Virus record (IMG/VR): IMGVR_UViG_3300029822_000040
Coordinates: 1-35,115 of that record
Direction: 5' to 3' (one strand)
DNA from: a virus
Taxonomy: Duplodnaviria; Caudoviricetes
Length of the DNA stretch: 35,115 nucleotides
Shown: positions 17,938-26,007 of the stretch, one piece after another
How positions within the stretch are numbered: the first letter of the stretch is position 1
Layout: each line of letters starts with the position of its first letter
Notes under the pieces: model-generated
Told to the model about the DNA's origin: nothing
The model's database searches: none
The model's input: the letters and a program-made list of their open reading frames with translations, nothing else
Translations under genes and position numbers: made by a program

Positions 17938-18149
17938 AACAGTTCCCCCTCTATGGTCACATGTAGGGCATCCAGCGGTAGGACCATACCATCGCCCCCG
18001 CTTACTTTTATCCATCGAATGGCTGTGACTTCGTGCACCTGGACTTTTACAGGTTCAGTCGTTTCAGATGCCATAACCTCGTATACACAACCAGCCATCG
18101 GAACGTCCTGCCCAGGTGCTACGATAACGATAAACGGTTGCCGATTCAT
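17934..18149 (-). CDS. Hypothetical protein
   Basis: GGGGG RBS, ATGA overlap. Confidence 0.7.
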   Translation of the reverse strand: MNRQPFIVIVAPGQDVPMAGCVYEVMASETTEPVKVQVHEVTAIRWIKVSGGDGMVLPLDALHVTIEGELL

Positions 18150-18286
18150 ATACTGTTACCCCCGTGTGCATCCTCTGACGGTTCTACCTCGCTGCCGCAT
18201 AGGTTACATGTACAATGCTGCGGACCCTGGGTAACTGATACATTGTGCTTACAATTCACACAATAGCCGTACTGTTGCTCTGTCAT
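18146..18286 (-). CDS. Small zinc-ribbon protein, 46 aa (not in ORF track)
   Basis: MTEQQYGYCVNCKHNVSVTQGPQHCTCNLCGSEV...; ATGA overlaps at both ends. Confidence 0.7.
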   Translation of the reverse strand: MTEQQYGYCVNCKHNVSVTQGPQHCTCNLCGSEVEPSEDAHGGNSI

Positions 18287-18855
18287 ACGCGTTTACCCAG
18301 CATGTTTAACAGCCCTGCTTGTACCGCTGCTTTCGCTTGTAGTAAATCGCCTGCACGTACTGCCGCTTCGTATTCGTCCTTTGCCCAGAATGCTTTTTTC
18401 TCAATCTGCAGCAACTGACTTTCCACCTCTGCTAGCTCCTGGCGTTCTTCCTTCGCTGCCATACGCGCAAACGCTTTGCGTGATTCCTCATTCGACAATG
18501 TGACTTTCTCGCCGCCTACCATTGCGTATTGACTGCGTGCCTCGCCGCGAATCGACATAAAAGCCTCTGACTCTCGTAATTCGATAGCAGTCTCTAACTC
18601 TCGTTTACGTTTAATAAGGTTAAGCTGGTCGCCGTACACTTGCTCGCGCCCTTTGGCTTTCTCTACGATGTCCTGTGTTGCCGCCTCTAGCTGTAGGACC
18701 GTGTCGCGCAGCTTATCACCTGCAATAACAGGGTTATACTCGCTCGGTATTAATGGTAGCGCCGTGCCTTGTAGTAATTGCTGTGCTGCAGCCTCTACAC
18801 TGTCTTGCCCGAATGTTTGAATTAATGTTGTTAAGTGCTCTTTTACTGTTGTCAT
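18283..18855 (-). CDS. Coiled-coil protein, possibly a recombination mediator
   Basis: All-helical heptad pattern, located in the recombination operon; function is inference. Confidence 0.7.
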   Translation of the reverse strand: MTTVKEHLTTLIQTFGQDSVEAAAQQLLQGTALPLIPSEYNPVIAGDKLRDTVLQLEAATQDIVEKAKGREQVYGDQLNLIKRKRELETAIELRESEAFMSIRGEARSQYAMVGGEKVTLSNEESRKAFARMAAKEERQELAEVESQLLQIEKKAFWAKDEYEAAVRAGDLLQAKAAVQAGLLNMLGKRV

Positions 18856-18869
18856 GTAAGTGGTCCCCT

Positions 18870-19085
18870 TTATCGTTTAATGTGCCCTTGTACTACCAGG
18901 AAATAGCCTGCTATTGGTATGCGGTTTTCGTCGTATTCTGTGACCCGTTGTAGGGTATACGAACCGCATTTCTGACAGTTAACCTTCGACGTGTGGACAT
19001 CGAACCATTGAAAGCCTAACGTCGCTAGGTCCTCGCTGTCTGGGTGTACGTGTCCGCATTGCCCGCATCTCCAGCGCTTATTCAA
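18870..19085 (-). CDS. Zinc-ribbon protein
   Basis: CGQCG...CQKCG; likely TTG start at 19085 after AGGGGG. Confidence 0.7.
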   Translation of the reverse strand: MNKRWRCGQCGHVHPDSEDLATLGFQWFDVHTSKVNCQKCGSYTLQRVTEYDENRIPIAGYFLVVQGHIKR

Positions 19086-19311
19086 ATAAGGCACCCCCTG
19101 GCGCTGGTGTAGGTGCTTCCACGTAGCGCTTATTGGATAACTCTCTTAACTCGCCCATTACGCGTTTTTCTTCACGCATTAGTATTGCGTATGCCACCCC
19201 GTCGCGTTGGTCCTCTAGTTCGTTTAGCGCATGGTTAATGTCCTGCACTTCGTTTTTCTTACGTTCGAGTTCTCTAAAAATGTCGTCCCCTGTCCATACT
19301 GTATTTGTCAT
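19078..19311 (-). CDS. Hypothetical coiled-coil protein
   Basis: GAGGGG RBS. Confidence 0.75.
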   Translation of the reverse strand: MTNTVWTGDDIFRELERKKNEVQDINHALNELEDQRDGVAYAILMREEKRVMGELRELSNKRYVEAPTPAPGGALFE

Positions 19312-19760
19312 ACTGTTACCCCCTCAATGTCGACGCCTTCTAGTTCGGCGGTCGGTATATGTTTTAGGTCCTCATAGTGCTGGGTCAAGTCATGCAGCTT
19401 TAGTACGCCGCTGTCTACCCCTTTCGGTAGTCGTTTTGTGTACGTAATCACAATTGCCCCTGGTACGACCTTCGCTGTTACCTGGAAGCCTCGTAACTTC
19501 TGCATGAATGGTTTCAACGTGTGATAGTCAACCACGTAACCCAGCAGTTTGATAGGCAGGTGTGTGCCTACTGTGTACCATGTTTGATAGTGGGCATGTC
19601 GAATACGTGTAGCGCGTTCTTCTGCTGTTAGTTGCTGGTACTGCAATCCTCTAGCTGTATACTTCTTTACGAGCTTTGCGTGGGCGATAGCTGCCTCTTG
19701 TTTGCGTTGTTTCATTTCTTCTTTAACTTTTGGTATGCCACCGTTAACAATGTTTATCAT
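19308..19760 (-). CDS. Hypothetical protein
   Basis: ATGA overlap with the SbcD stop; AAGGTG RBS. Confidence 0.75.
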   Translation of the reverse strand: MINIVNGGIPKVKEEMKQRKQEAAIAHAKLVKKYTARGLQYQQLTAEERATRIRHAHYQTWYTVGTHLPIKLLGYVVDYHTLKPFMQKLRGFQVTAKVVPGAIVITYTKRLPKGVDSGVLKLHDLTQHYEDLKHIPTAELEGVDIEGVTV

Positions 19761-20743
19761 GACGTCACCTTCAATTTCGCATCGTTGATTTTATCTAATG
19801 CCAGGCGTACCACGTCGGACGCTATGCCTTCGGCTTCGGCTACCTGTTGGACAATTGTATCAACGTCCAGGGCTGCAACCTCGCCACCGCCCAGGCTTTC
19901 CGATAACTGAAACGCGAAGCTCTCCATTGCGTATTGTCTTTTTTGCTCCGCTTCGATACGGCTACGGTCCAATACTTCGACACCAGGCGCTGCGCTCTCC
20001 AGCGTTAGTAGCTGTATGTCGCAATTCTTGTCTGGGAATACCTCGATTAAGGCTACCCGTATCGGGCGCTCGATTTCCGCTACCGAAGCTGATAGACGGG
20101 TCGGGCTGCCACAATTGATAAATATTTTCCCATCGGCTCTATGGAATACGCCGTAGCCTGTATGGTCGTGTCCTGTTAACACTAGGTCGGCAGTCGTTTC
20201 GACTTCCTGTACCAACGTGTAACGGTCAAACGGTGGCTTGTGGTCCAGCAGCATACCATGTGCTACGTGTATGCTAAAATACTCTCTTACGTTTACTTCT
20301 GGGCTGTACCCATAGCCCTCGCGGTCCATCTCGGCTGTAAAGGGTGTAAATGTTACAGCTACCTGCACATCGTCATTATGAAACACCGTAAAGTCTAACG
20401 GGTCCTGGATAACGTAAAAGTTAGGGACTAAACGCTCCAGCAGGGCTAGGCTTGTACGCCAATACGTGGCTAGGTTGTAGCTGTACAGGTCGTGATTTCC
20501 TGGCGTTGTGTACCAGGGCTTTACGCTCTCTGCGAATATGTCGGCAAACTCTAGCAATACCCCTGTGCTTACCTCTGGATTGTCGAATATGTCACCCATG
20601 CATAGAATCGCCTCTACGTTGTGCTTCACAGCCAGGTCGTTGATTTCGCGCAGCTTGGCTTTTAACGCCTCTTTGTAATTGTCTGTGCGGTTCCGTGGGT
20701 TCGTCCCTCGTATATGCAGGTCGCCCACTTTTAGAAAGCGCAT
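19757..20743 (-). CDS. sbcD: SbcD/Mre11-like metallophosphoesterase nuclease
   Basis: GDLH, GDIFD, GNHD, AHG, GHDH, NCGS motifs; adjacent to SbcC fragments. Confidence 0.92.
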   Translation of the reverse strand: MRFLKVGDLHIRGTNPRNRTDNYKEALKAKLREINDLAVKHNVEAILCMGDIFDNPEVSTGVLLEFADIFAESVKPWYTTPGNHDLYSYNLATYWRTSLALLERLVPNFYVIQDPLDFTVFHNDDVQVAVTFTPFTAEMDREGYGYSPEVNVREYFSIHVAHGMLLDHKPPFDRYTLVQEVETTADLVLTGHDHTGYGVFHRADGKIFINCGSPTRLSASVAEIERPIRVALIEVFPDKNCDIQLLTLESAAPGVEVLDRSRIEAEQKRQYAMESFAFQLSESLGGGEVAALDVDTIVQQVAEAEGIASDVVRLALDKINDAKLKVTS

Positions 20744-21147
20744 TAGTGTACCCCTTCTGCGATAAGTGCGTCGCTTTTTTCTGCTGCTGGGGCTTCTGCT
20801 TTCACAATACGCTCGATAGTAACCTCGCCTGTATCATGGTGCAGCGTGTAGTCTCCAGCCTTTTTATGAATGTCGATACCTGCCGATGCTAACGCTGCGT
20901 TAAACGCGACTACCTTTTTGTCCTCTGCGGCGTCGTAACGCTCTTTGAATAGTACTTCCATACGCTGCGTTACCCTTTTGGCTTCTTCATCTACGAAGGC
21001 GTGCATTTCTTTTTTTACGGCTGCCAGCTCTGCTTTTGCTGCCTCTACGGCTTGGATTGCCTCTTTCGTCGCTGTTCCGACAGGTACTTCCTCAATTTTT
21101 GCGCCTAGTGCGGCAGCCGCTATTTTTGCTAAACATTTTTGACACAT
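20743..21147 (-). CDS. Protein with N-terminal CxxC and coiled coil
   Basis: MCQKC start, Ala/Lys/Glu-rich helix; AGGAGAGGGG RBS. Confidence 0.75.
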   Translation of the reverse strand: MCQKCLAKIAAAALGAKIEEVPVGTATKEAIQAVEAAKAELAAVKKEMHAFVDEEAKRVTQRMEVLFKERYDAAEDKKVVAFNAALASAGIDIHKKAGDYTLHHDTGEVTIERIVKAEAPAAEKSDALIAEGVH

Positions 21148-21168
21148 AGTTGGTGTCCCCTCTCCTGG

Positions 21169-21804
21169 TTAAATTGTTGTGATAACACTTGCACCGTTTT
21201 TACGAGTAACGCCGATACTCACGTCCCCGATTTCGGCTAGGTGTATGTTGTGTGTGATTAGATTAATTTGTCGATTGAATTTTTCGCTATACGTTTTTAA
21301 GAAGTATGCGAGGTTCGGTTGGTATTCTTGCGAAACGTGCTTGCCTACCTCGTCCATGAAAAACGGACCCTTAACGCCTGTCAACTCTCCTACCGCTAGT
21401 CGAAGGGCTAGGCTTACCACGTCGGCAATACCGCCCCCGCGGTCATAATCTGGCGGCTTTAACTGTGTGACAATGCCTTCACTCTCTAGGAAATACTCGG
21501 CTATCGGCTGATTGCTTTTGGTGTCCAGGTGTATAAAAAATCGGTAGTCGTGGTCGAATACGACTGTTAGTGCCTGGGTCACGACGTCCTCTATGTGGGT
21601 TTTCGCTTTCTGACGGGCGAAGTCACTTGTACGCTGTAGCAATATCTGCACCAGGTCGTATACTCCTAGTTTTTGCTCGGCTGCGTCCCAGGCTGTGCGT
21701 GCTGCTGCCTTTTGCTCTTTGAGTAGGTCACGCTGCCCCTCTTTCGCGGCTAGGCGCTGGGACGATTGCCGTAAATCGGCTTGTATTTTCTGTAACTTAT
21801 ACAT
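21169..21804 (-). CDS. SbcC/Rad50 C-terminal fragment (ABC ATPase half)
   Basis: Coiled coil, then signature-like RGGG-x2-D-x2-SLALRLA, Walker B FFMDE, H-loop LITH; no Walker A. Confidence 0.9.
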   Translation of the reverse strand: MYKLQKIQADLRQSSQRLAAKEGQRDLLKEQKAAARTAWDAAEQKLGVYDLVQILLQRTSDFARQKAKTHIEDVVTQALTVVFDHDYRFFIHLDTKSNQPIAEYFLESEGIVTQLKPPDYDRGGGIADVVSLALRLAVGELTGVKGPFFMDEVGKHVSQEYQPNLAYFLKTYSEKFNRQINLITHNIHLAEIGDVSIGVTRKNGASVITTI

Positions 21805-21814
21805 GATGCGCCCC

Positions 21815-22048
21815 CTATACCTGCGGTATTAAGCGTTCAACTTGTTCTAAATCGGCGTTGACCTTTGCTTCTAGCTGTATGATTTCGCCAGTAATCGTTT
21901 CGGGCGTAACGCCATGTTGCGTCATTTCTTGTACGGTTTCCTTCACTTGCTGTTCAGCGGCTGCCTTTTGCGTTTCTGCTACTGTTTTTGCCTGCTCTGC
22001 TTTGCGTAGGTTTGCTTTTGCTGCTTCGATACGTTGTTGTGGATTCAT
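21815..22048 (-). CDS. Small coiled-coil protein, probable middle SbcC fragment
   Basis: Almost entirely heptad pattern; lies between the SbcC halves. Confidence 0.7.
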   Translation of the reverse strand: MNPQQRIEAAKANLRKAEQAKTVAETQKAAAEQQVKETVQEMTQHGVTPETITGEIIQLEAKVNADLEQVERLIPQV

Positions 22049-22704
22049 TTTTGTTTACCCCCTGGTTTTTGGTTTCGTTTTAGTCCTTCGTAATGTGGTC
22101 CATGTTGTCTAAAAATGCCTATCTCTCGCTCGGCGTCTGCTTGCTCTCCAAAGTAGCCCAGGCTCCAGCGTTTACCTTCGTAAAACCCTGCAGCGTGCCA
22201 CCTGTTACTTGCCTTGTGGTGGTAGACACCTGGTACGTCGCTACGCTTTTCTTTCTCTGGCTTTCCACGTACCCTGTCTGGGTCCTTCGGTGTTTGAGGC
22301 TTTGCTTTCTGTTTAGGTGCTGCAGGCTTTGCAACTTTCGCTACTTTTGGTGCCTTTGGTTTTTCGACCTTCGGCGGTTCTGGCTGTGCTAGCTCTGTGA
22401 TATTGCCGTCCTTGTCGATAATCTGCAGGTTACTTTTTCGGTAGTCCAGGCTGTTGCCATTCTTGTATACCAGCGTGCTGCTTCGTGGTATATCGCCAAC
22501 GATTTTCTTATGGATAAACTGCTGCCCCGATTCTTTACAACCGCGTGCTAGTGGTCGTCCTTTTTTGTCCTTGAACATGACGTACTGACCCTCTACGTCG
22601 ATAGTGTCAAAGTCCTCTGTATCAACAAAGGCGCTAATATTTCCCTGGCGCGTGCCTATTACAATTTCGATATAGGCGCCGTGACGTATTACGGCGTTTC
22701 TCAA
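22045..22704 (-). CDS. HNH-AP2 homing endonuclease-like protein with degenerate HNH site
   Basis: FIHKKI...LVYKNGNSLDYRKSNL vs the family pattern lHR.I...VDH.NG..LDNR..NL; AP2 domain SDVPGVY...RWHA...SLGYF; likely TTG start at 22704. Confidence 0.8.
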   Translation of the reverse strand: MRNAVIRHGAYIEIVIGTRQGNISAFVDTEDFDTIDVEGQYVMFKDKKGRPLARGCKESGQQFIHKKIVGDIPRSSTLVYKNGNSLDYRKSNLQIIDKDGNITELAQPEPPKVEKPKAPKVAKVAKPAAPKQKAKPQTPKDPDRVRGKPEKEKRSDVPGVYHHKASNRWHAAGFYEGKRWSLGYFGEQADAEREIGIFRQHGPHYEGLKRNQKPGGKQK

Positions 22705-24110
22705 TGGTCGTGACCCCCTTCTATTGGTTTCTCGCAAAGTGGGCACATCGTTAAACCGTCCCAGGACGTCGATAGCGCGTTTTTAGCTTCTTCCCATGTA
22801 TTTATAGCAGCGTCGTAGTTACGCGTCGCCTGTGACCTGGAAAGTAGGTTTAATTCATGCTTGCGGTGTATGCCCTGTAAAATGGTTAAGCGTGCTTGTG
22901 CTTTTGCGATTTCTTGCAAGTGGTTTTCTGCTGCTGGTAACTGTGCGAAATTTTCCATGTGCAGTTGCAACCCTGTTAAGGTCGTCCATGCGCGGGAATA
23001 GGTCTCCGCTAGATTTCTAAGCTGCTGGACTTTCGTGTGGTTTAACTCGGCATTCGTTAGTAGTTGCTGGGCTTCTTCCAGCCCTTTTGTGCTTTGTAGT
23101 ACGCGGTTCGCCGTAGTCATCACCTGGGCTGCTCCTGTGTACGTTGTTTCGATGCGACGTAGGTTGCCAGCACGGAACATGTCTTGTTCGACCTGTGCCA
23201 CTTGTGCGCCTAGCCCGTCAATGGCTGCCAGGCTTTCGATTCGCTGGTCTAGCGTTCGTACGTCGTTGTTTATACGTATGAATTGACTGTACAAGTTTAG
23301 CAATGTCGAATGGCGCCCCTGTGTAGCCTCAATGCCTGTTAGTGTGTCGATTAACAGCGGCACGCTTGCTAGCTTGTCTAACTGTTCTTGGTAGTAGACT
23401 AGCCCCTCTTTTACACGGGTGTGCTGCTGGGCTAGGTGTTTTAGGTTGTCGATATGCTCGACGTCTTTGGCTAGTTGCTCCACTTGACGCTCGCATAGCG
23501 TTAGCTGTTCTCGTAGGTTGTCCAGCTCTATAAAGTGCCCTAGCTGCTCGTCTACGCGGTTCATATCACGCTCGGCTTGTGCGCGGTCCTGGCGGGCTGC
23601 GTAAGTATCTTTCGATACGTCTTTAATCGCAACGTCCACGGCTTCGGTGCCTGCAATTTTGCCTAGTATCTTAGCGCCTGCGCTGGCGGTTTCGCTGATT
23701 AAAAACGGTGGGTCTAGCTGGAATGAAAAGTTTAATGCTGTTGTAAAGTCCCCGAAGGTCTGTTTTGCAATTTCTAGCGCCTGGGTTACTTCCAGCGGTA
23801 CTTCTGATTTTTCGAATGGTTCGGGTATTGTCGAAACGTGGTACGATGTTTTACCCTTGCGGCGCCGCTTGGTGACTTCGATGCCGTTCGACATACAAAG
23901 GGTCACTTCGACCTCGCCGACTTTCTTGTTTAGGAAATGCTCGCCTTGTGGTTCGTTGAATGCTATCCAGCGTACAGCCCTTATGATTGCTGTTTTACCG
24001 CTGTCTGTGGGTCCCGTAATTACGTTAAGCCCAGGACCTAAATGTATTTCGCTGTCCTCATGTGCCTGGAAGCCTTTTATTCTCATTTTTGCAATGTATA
24101 ACGCGCTCAT
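22701..24110 (-). CDS. SbcC/Rad50 N-terminal fragment ending at the zinc hook
   Basis: IKGFQAH, Walker A GPTDSGKT, Q-loop FSFQLD, long coiled coil, terminal CPLCEKP; no Walker B. Confidence 0.92.
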   Translation of the reverse strand: MSALYIAKMRIKGFQAHEDSEIHLGPGLNVITGPTDSGKTAIIRAVRWIAFNEPQGEHFLNKKVGEVEVTLCMSNGIEVTKRRRKGKTSYHVSTIPEPFEKSEVPLEVTQALEIAKQTFGDFTTALNFSFQLDPPFLISETASAGAKILGKIAGTEAVDVAIKDVSKDTYAARQDRAQAERDMNRVDEQLGHFIELDNLREQLTLCERQVEQLAKDVEHIDNLKHLAQQHTRVKEGLVYYQEQLDKLASVPLLIDTLTGIEATQGRHSTLLNLYSQFIRINNDVRTLDQRIESLAAIDGLGAQVAQVEQDMFRAGNLRRIETTYTGAAQVMTTANRVLQSTKGLEEAQQLLTNAELNHTKVQQLRNLAETYSRAWTTLTGLQLHMENFAQLPAAENHLQEIAKAQARLTILQGIHRKHELNLLSRSQATRNYDAAINTWEEAKNALSTSWDGLTMCPLCEKPIEGGHDH

Positions 24111-24211
24111 GCTCTGGGTGCCCCCTTGTGCATTGCGGCTAGCTTCCCTAGCTCTGCGATTATGTGGGCTGGTTTACCTGCAAGGGCAATCCAGCAATAC
24201 TGTTTCTTCAT
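24107..24211 (-). CDS. 34-aa peptide, MciZ-like pattern (not in ORF track)
   Basis: MKKQYCWIALAGKPAHIIAELGKLAAMHKGAPRA; AGAGGGA RBS; its TGA overlaps the SbcC ATG (ATGA). Confidence 0.7.
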   Translation of the reverse strand: MKKQYCWIALAGKPAHIIAELGKLAAMHKGAPRA

Positions 24212-24293
24212 GCAATCCCTCTTTTCGTAAGTATTCCGCTTTTCCCGACCTTTAGCGGTAACGTCGGTCCGAATGTTGCTGCATCATGCTGTA

Positions 24294-24374
24294 GTATTCT
24301 ACAATGTTCTACTTTGTTCTTGCTCTGTGTTCTATACTATTCTACCTTGTTCCACATGTCAACAACTTTCTACA
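24294..24374 (-). repeat. Array of 10-bp-phased GTAGAA(C/T)A-type repeats, putative operator
   Basis: Two triplets (TGTGGAACAA GGTAGAATAG TATAGAACAC; GCAAGAACAA AGTAGAACAT TGTAGAATAC) plus TGTAGAAAGT upstream of the -35. Confidence 0.85.
24334..24362 (-). promoter_or_regulatory. Sigma-A promoter of the recombination operon
   Basis: TTGACA-17 bp-TAGTAT, just downstream of a terminator. Confidence 0.85.
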
Positions 24375-24402
24375 AAATATTTTTGGTTGCCTGTTTTTGT
24401 CG

Positions 24403-24430
24403 AAACAAAAAACCCCAGCGGCTGCTGGGG
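24403..24430 (-). terminator. Intrinsic terminator of the early operon
   Basis: CCCCAGC-AGCC-GCTGGGG then TTTTTTGTTT. Confidence 0.9.
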
Positions 24431-24440
24431 CGTTACATGG

Positions 24441-24716
24441 CTATTCATAAATGGGCACTTCTCGCGTTTCTGACTGTGCACGGGTTTTCTCTATCAGCAC
24501 GTGGACCTCTTGACCGCCTAGCACCGATGAAATGTTACCGTATGCCTGGTCTTTGTATTCCTGCTCTAGCTGCTCCTGCAGTTCTTTTGCGCGACCGCTG
24601 CGTGCTGGGACCACTTCTACACACTCGTAATTGTCGTAATACCAGCCGCCTTCCTCTGGACCGCCGTAACGGCGTGTCACATGATAGACATTCACATACA
24701 ATTTTTCGATTGTCAT
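24441..24716 (-). CDS. Phage protein of unknown function (YGGPEEGGW motif)
   Basis: AAGGGAG RBS; motif I recognise as recurrent in phage early proteins. Confidence 0.8.
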   Translation of the reverse strand: MTIEKLYVNVYHVTRRYGGPEEGGWYYDNYECVEVVPARSGRAKELQEQLEQEYKDQAYGNISSVLGGQEVHVLIEKTRAQSETREVPIYE

Positions 24717-24717
24717 A

Positions 24718-25065
24718 TTAATTCTCTCCCTTGTGGTTACGTTGTGCCTTGCGCTGTGCTCTTAAATCTACCTTGTAGGCTAGTTGCCATTCATAGGTGT
24801 CTACTAAATCTAGCCAATCCTCACAGTTCATAAATTGGTTACGAAAATTCTTGTACCCTTCACCTTTTGGTACTAGGTAGATACTAACTTTTGTAGTCTC
24901 TAGCAACCTATCTGGATTCTCGAACGCCTTCACGACGTCATACGGGTCCTTAAAATTCTCGACGTATGGACCATATCTGTTTTCCTCTACCCATAGGGCG
25001 CCTTCGCATACACCACCCATACGATTGTTTATCGTGTCATCTATCGCTTTTCTTACATCTGGCAT
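24718..25065 (-). CDS. Hypothetical early protein (~115 aa)
   Basis: ATG 25065 after AAGGGG. Confidence 0.75.
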   Translation of the reverse strand: MPDVRKAIDDTINNRMGGVCEGALWVEENRYGPYVENFKDPYDVVKAFENPDRLLETTKVSIYLVPKGEGYKNFRNQFMNCEDWLDLVDTYEWQLAYKVDLRAQRKAQRNHKGEN

Positions 25066-25066
25066 A

Positions 25067-25606
25067 TCAATTCGCCCCTTTATTTGACGCTGCAATCTCC
25101 AGCGCTTTAATGATTTTACTTGCGATTGGTTCCCCTACATATACGTCCATATACGACCGACTTGTGCCGTTAGCTAGTATCTTGACCTCGCAACTATCTT
25201 CCATACTTTGCACCGCTAGACTGTCCAGCACTTCGTATAAATACACGTCGCTGGCGGGTCCCTTCACAGGTGCTAGCACACGGTAGACGTTTGACTGATT
25301 CGTGGCTACCAGGTTGCCTGCCTCTATCTCTAGCTCAATGCGATAACGCAGCCCGTATTTGTTGTCCTGGGCGTCTAGTTCGTCACACTCGGCATTAAAC
25401 GTTTTGATAACCGCCATTGCCCTATCGAAAGAGAGGCTCTTTCGAAGAGTATCTATTTTTTCGTACGTACGCGTACGGCGTTTCGTGTACATCGCTAGCT
25501 TGTGTACGTTCTCTATCTCGAAGCAATCAACCGCTAGGCGGTCGACCTCTCTTGTGAGAAGTCGCGCCCTGTGTAACATTTTTAAAAGGGTATCTGTTCT
25601 AGTCAT
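25067..25606 (-). CDS. Hypothetical early protein (~179 aa)
   Basis: ATG 25606 with ATGA overlap and GAAGGG RBS. Confidence 0.75.
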   Translation of the reverse strand: MTRTDTLLKMLHRARLLTREVDRLAVDCFEIENVHKLAMYTKRRTRTYEKIDTLRKSLSFDRAMAVIKTFNAECDELDAQDNKYGLRYRIELEIEAGNLVATNQSNVYRVLAPVKGPASDVYLYEVLDSLAVQSMEDSCEVKILANGTSRSYMDVYVGEPIASKIIKALEIAASNKGAN

Positions 25607-25890
25607 TGTAGTAGAAACCGCCCTTCTTCTTTCATCGTATACCATTCCTTGCGCCACTCTAGTAAAGTCTCTTGCCCGACGGTCTTTCTTATATCAAGTT
25701 GTCGTAAAGCGTATTCTACGCGCATTATTTCAAGGTCCCGTATATGGTTCCAGTGGTCGACCTGTGCCCCAGGTGTGCTAGACCACTGTAGCGAGTCGTC
25801 CCATTCTTTATGTAGTGCGTCGATAGTTTCCTTTAGGTCTGCGCGTTGTTTAATCAAGTCAAAGTATTCAAGTTTTAATGTATTTAACAT
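25603..25890 (-). CDS. Hypothetical early protein (~95 aa)
   Basis: ATG 25890 after GAGAGGGG, directly downstream of a strong promoter. Confidence 0.75.
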   Translation of the reverse strand: MLNTLKLEYFDLIKQRADLKETIDALHKEWDDSLQWSSTPGAQVDHWNHIRDLEIMRVEYALRQLDIRKTVGQETLLEWRKEWYTMKEEGRFLLQ

Positions 25891-25921
25891 AATGTTAACC
25901 CCTCTCAATTGGTATACCCTT

Positions 25922-25950
25922 AGTATAAAAGTTAAATATATAAAAGTCAA
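25922..25950 (-). promoter_or_regulatory. Strong sigma-A early promoter
   Basis: TTGACT-17 bp-TATACT with AT-rich UP element at 25955-25987. Confidence 0.88.
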
Positions 25951-26007
25951 ACGTTTAAATTTTATATTTTTAAATTTTATTTTTATAGGCATATCGGGCA
26001 TGACAGA

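Noticed and set aside
21169-24110. SbcC as a pseudogene or programmed frameshift product
   Set aside because: Each fragment has its own RBS and intact motifs, and whole ORFs separate them; no slippery site joins them
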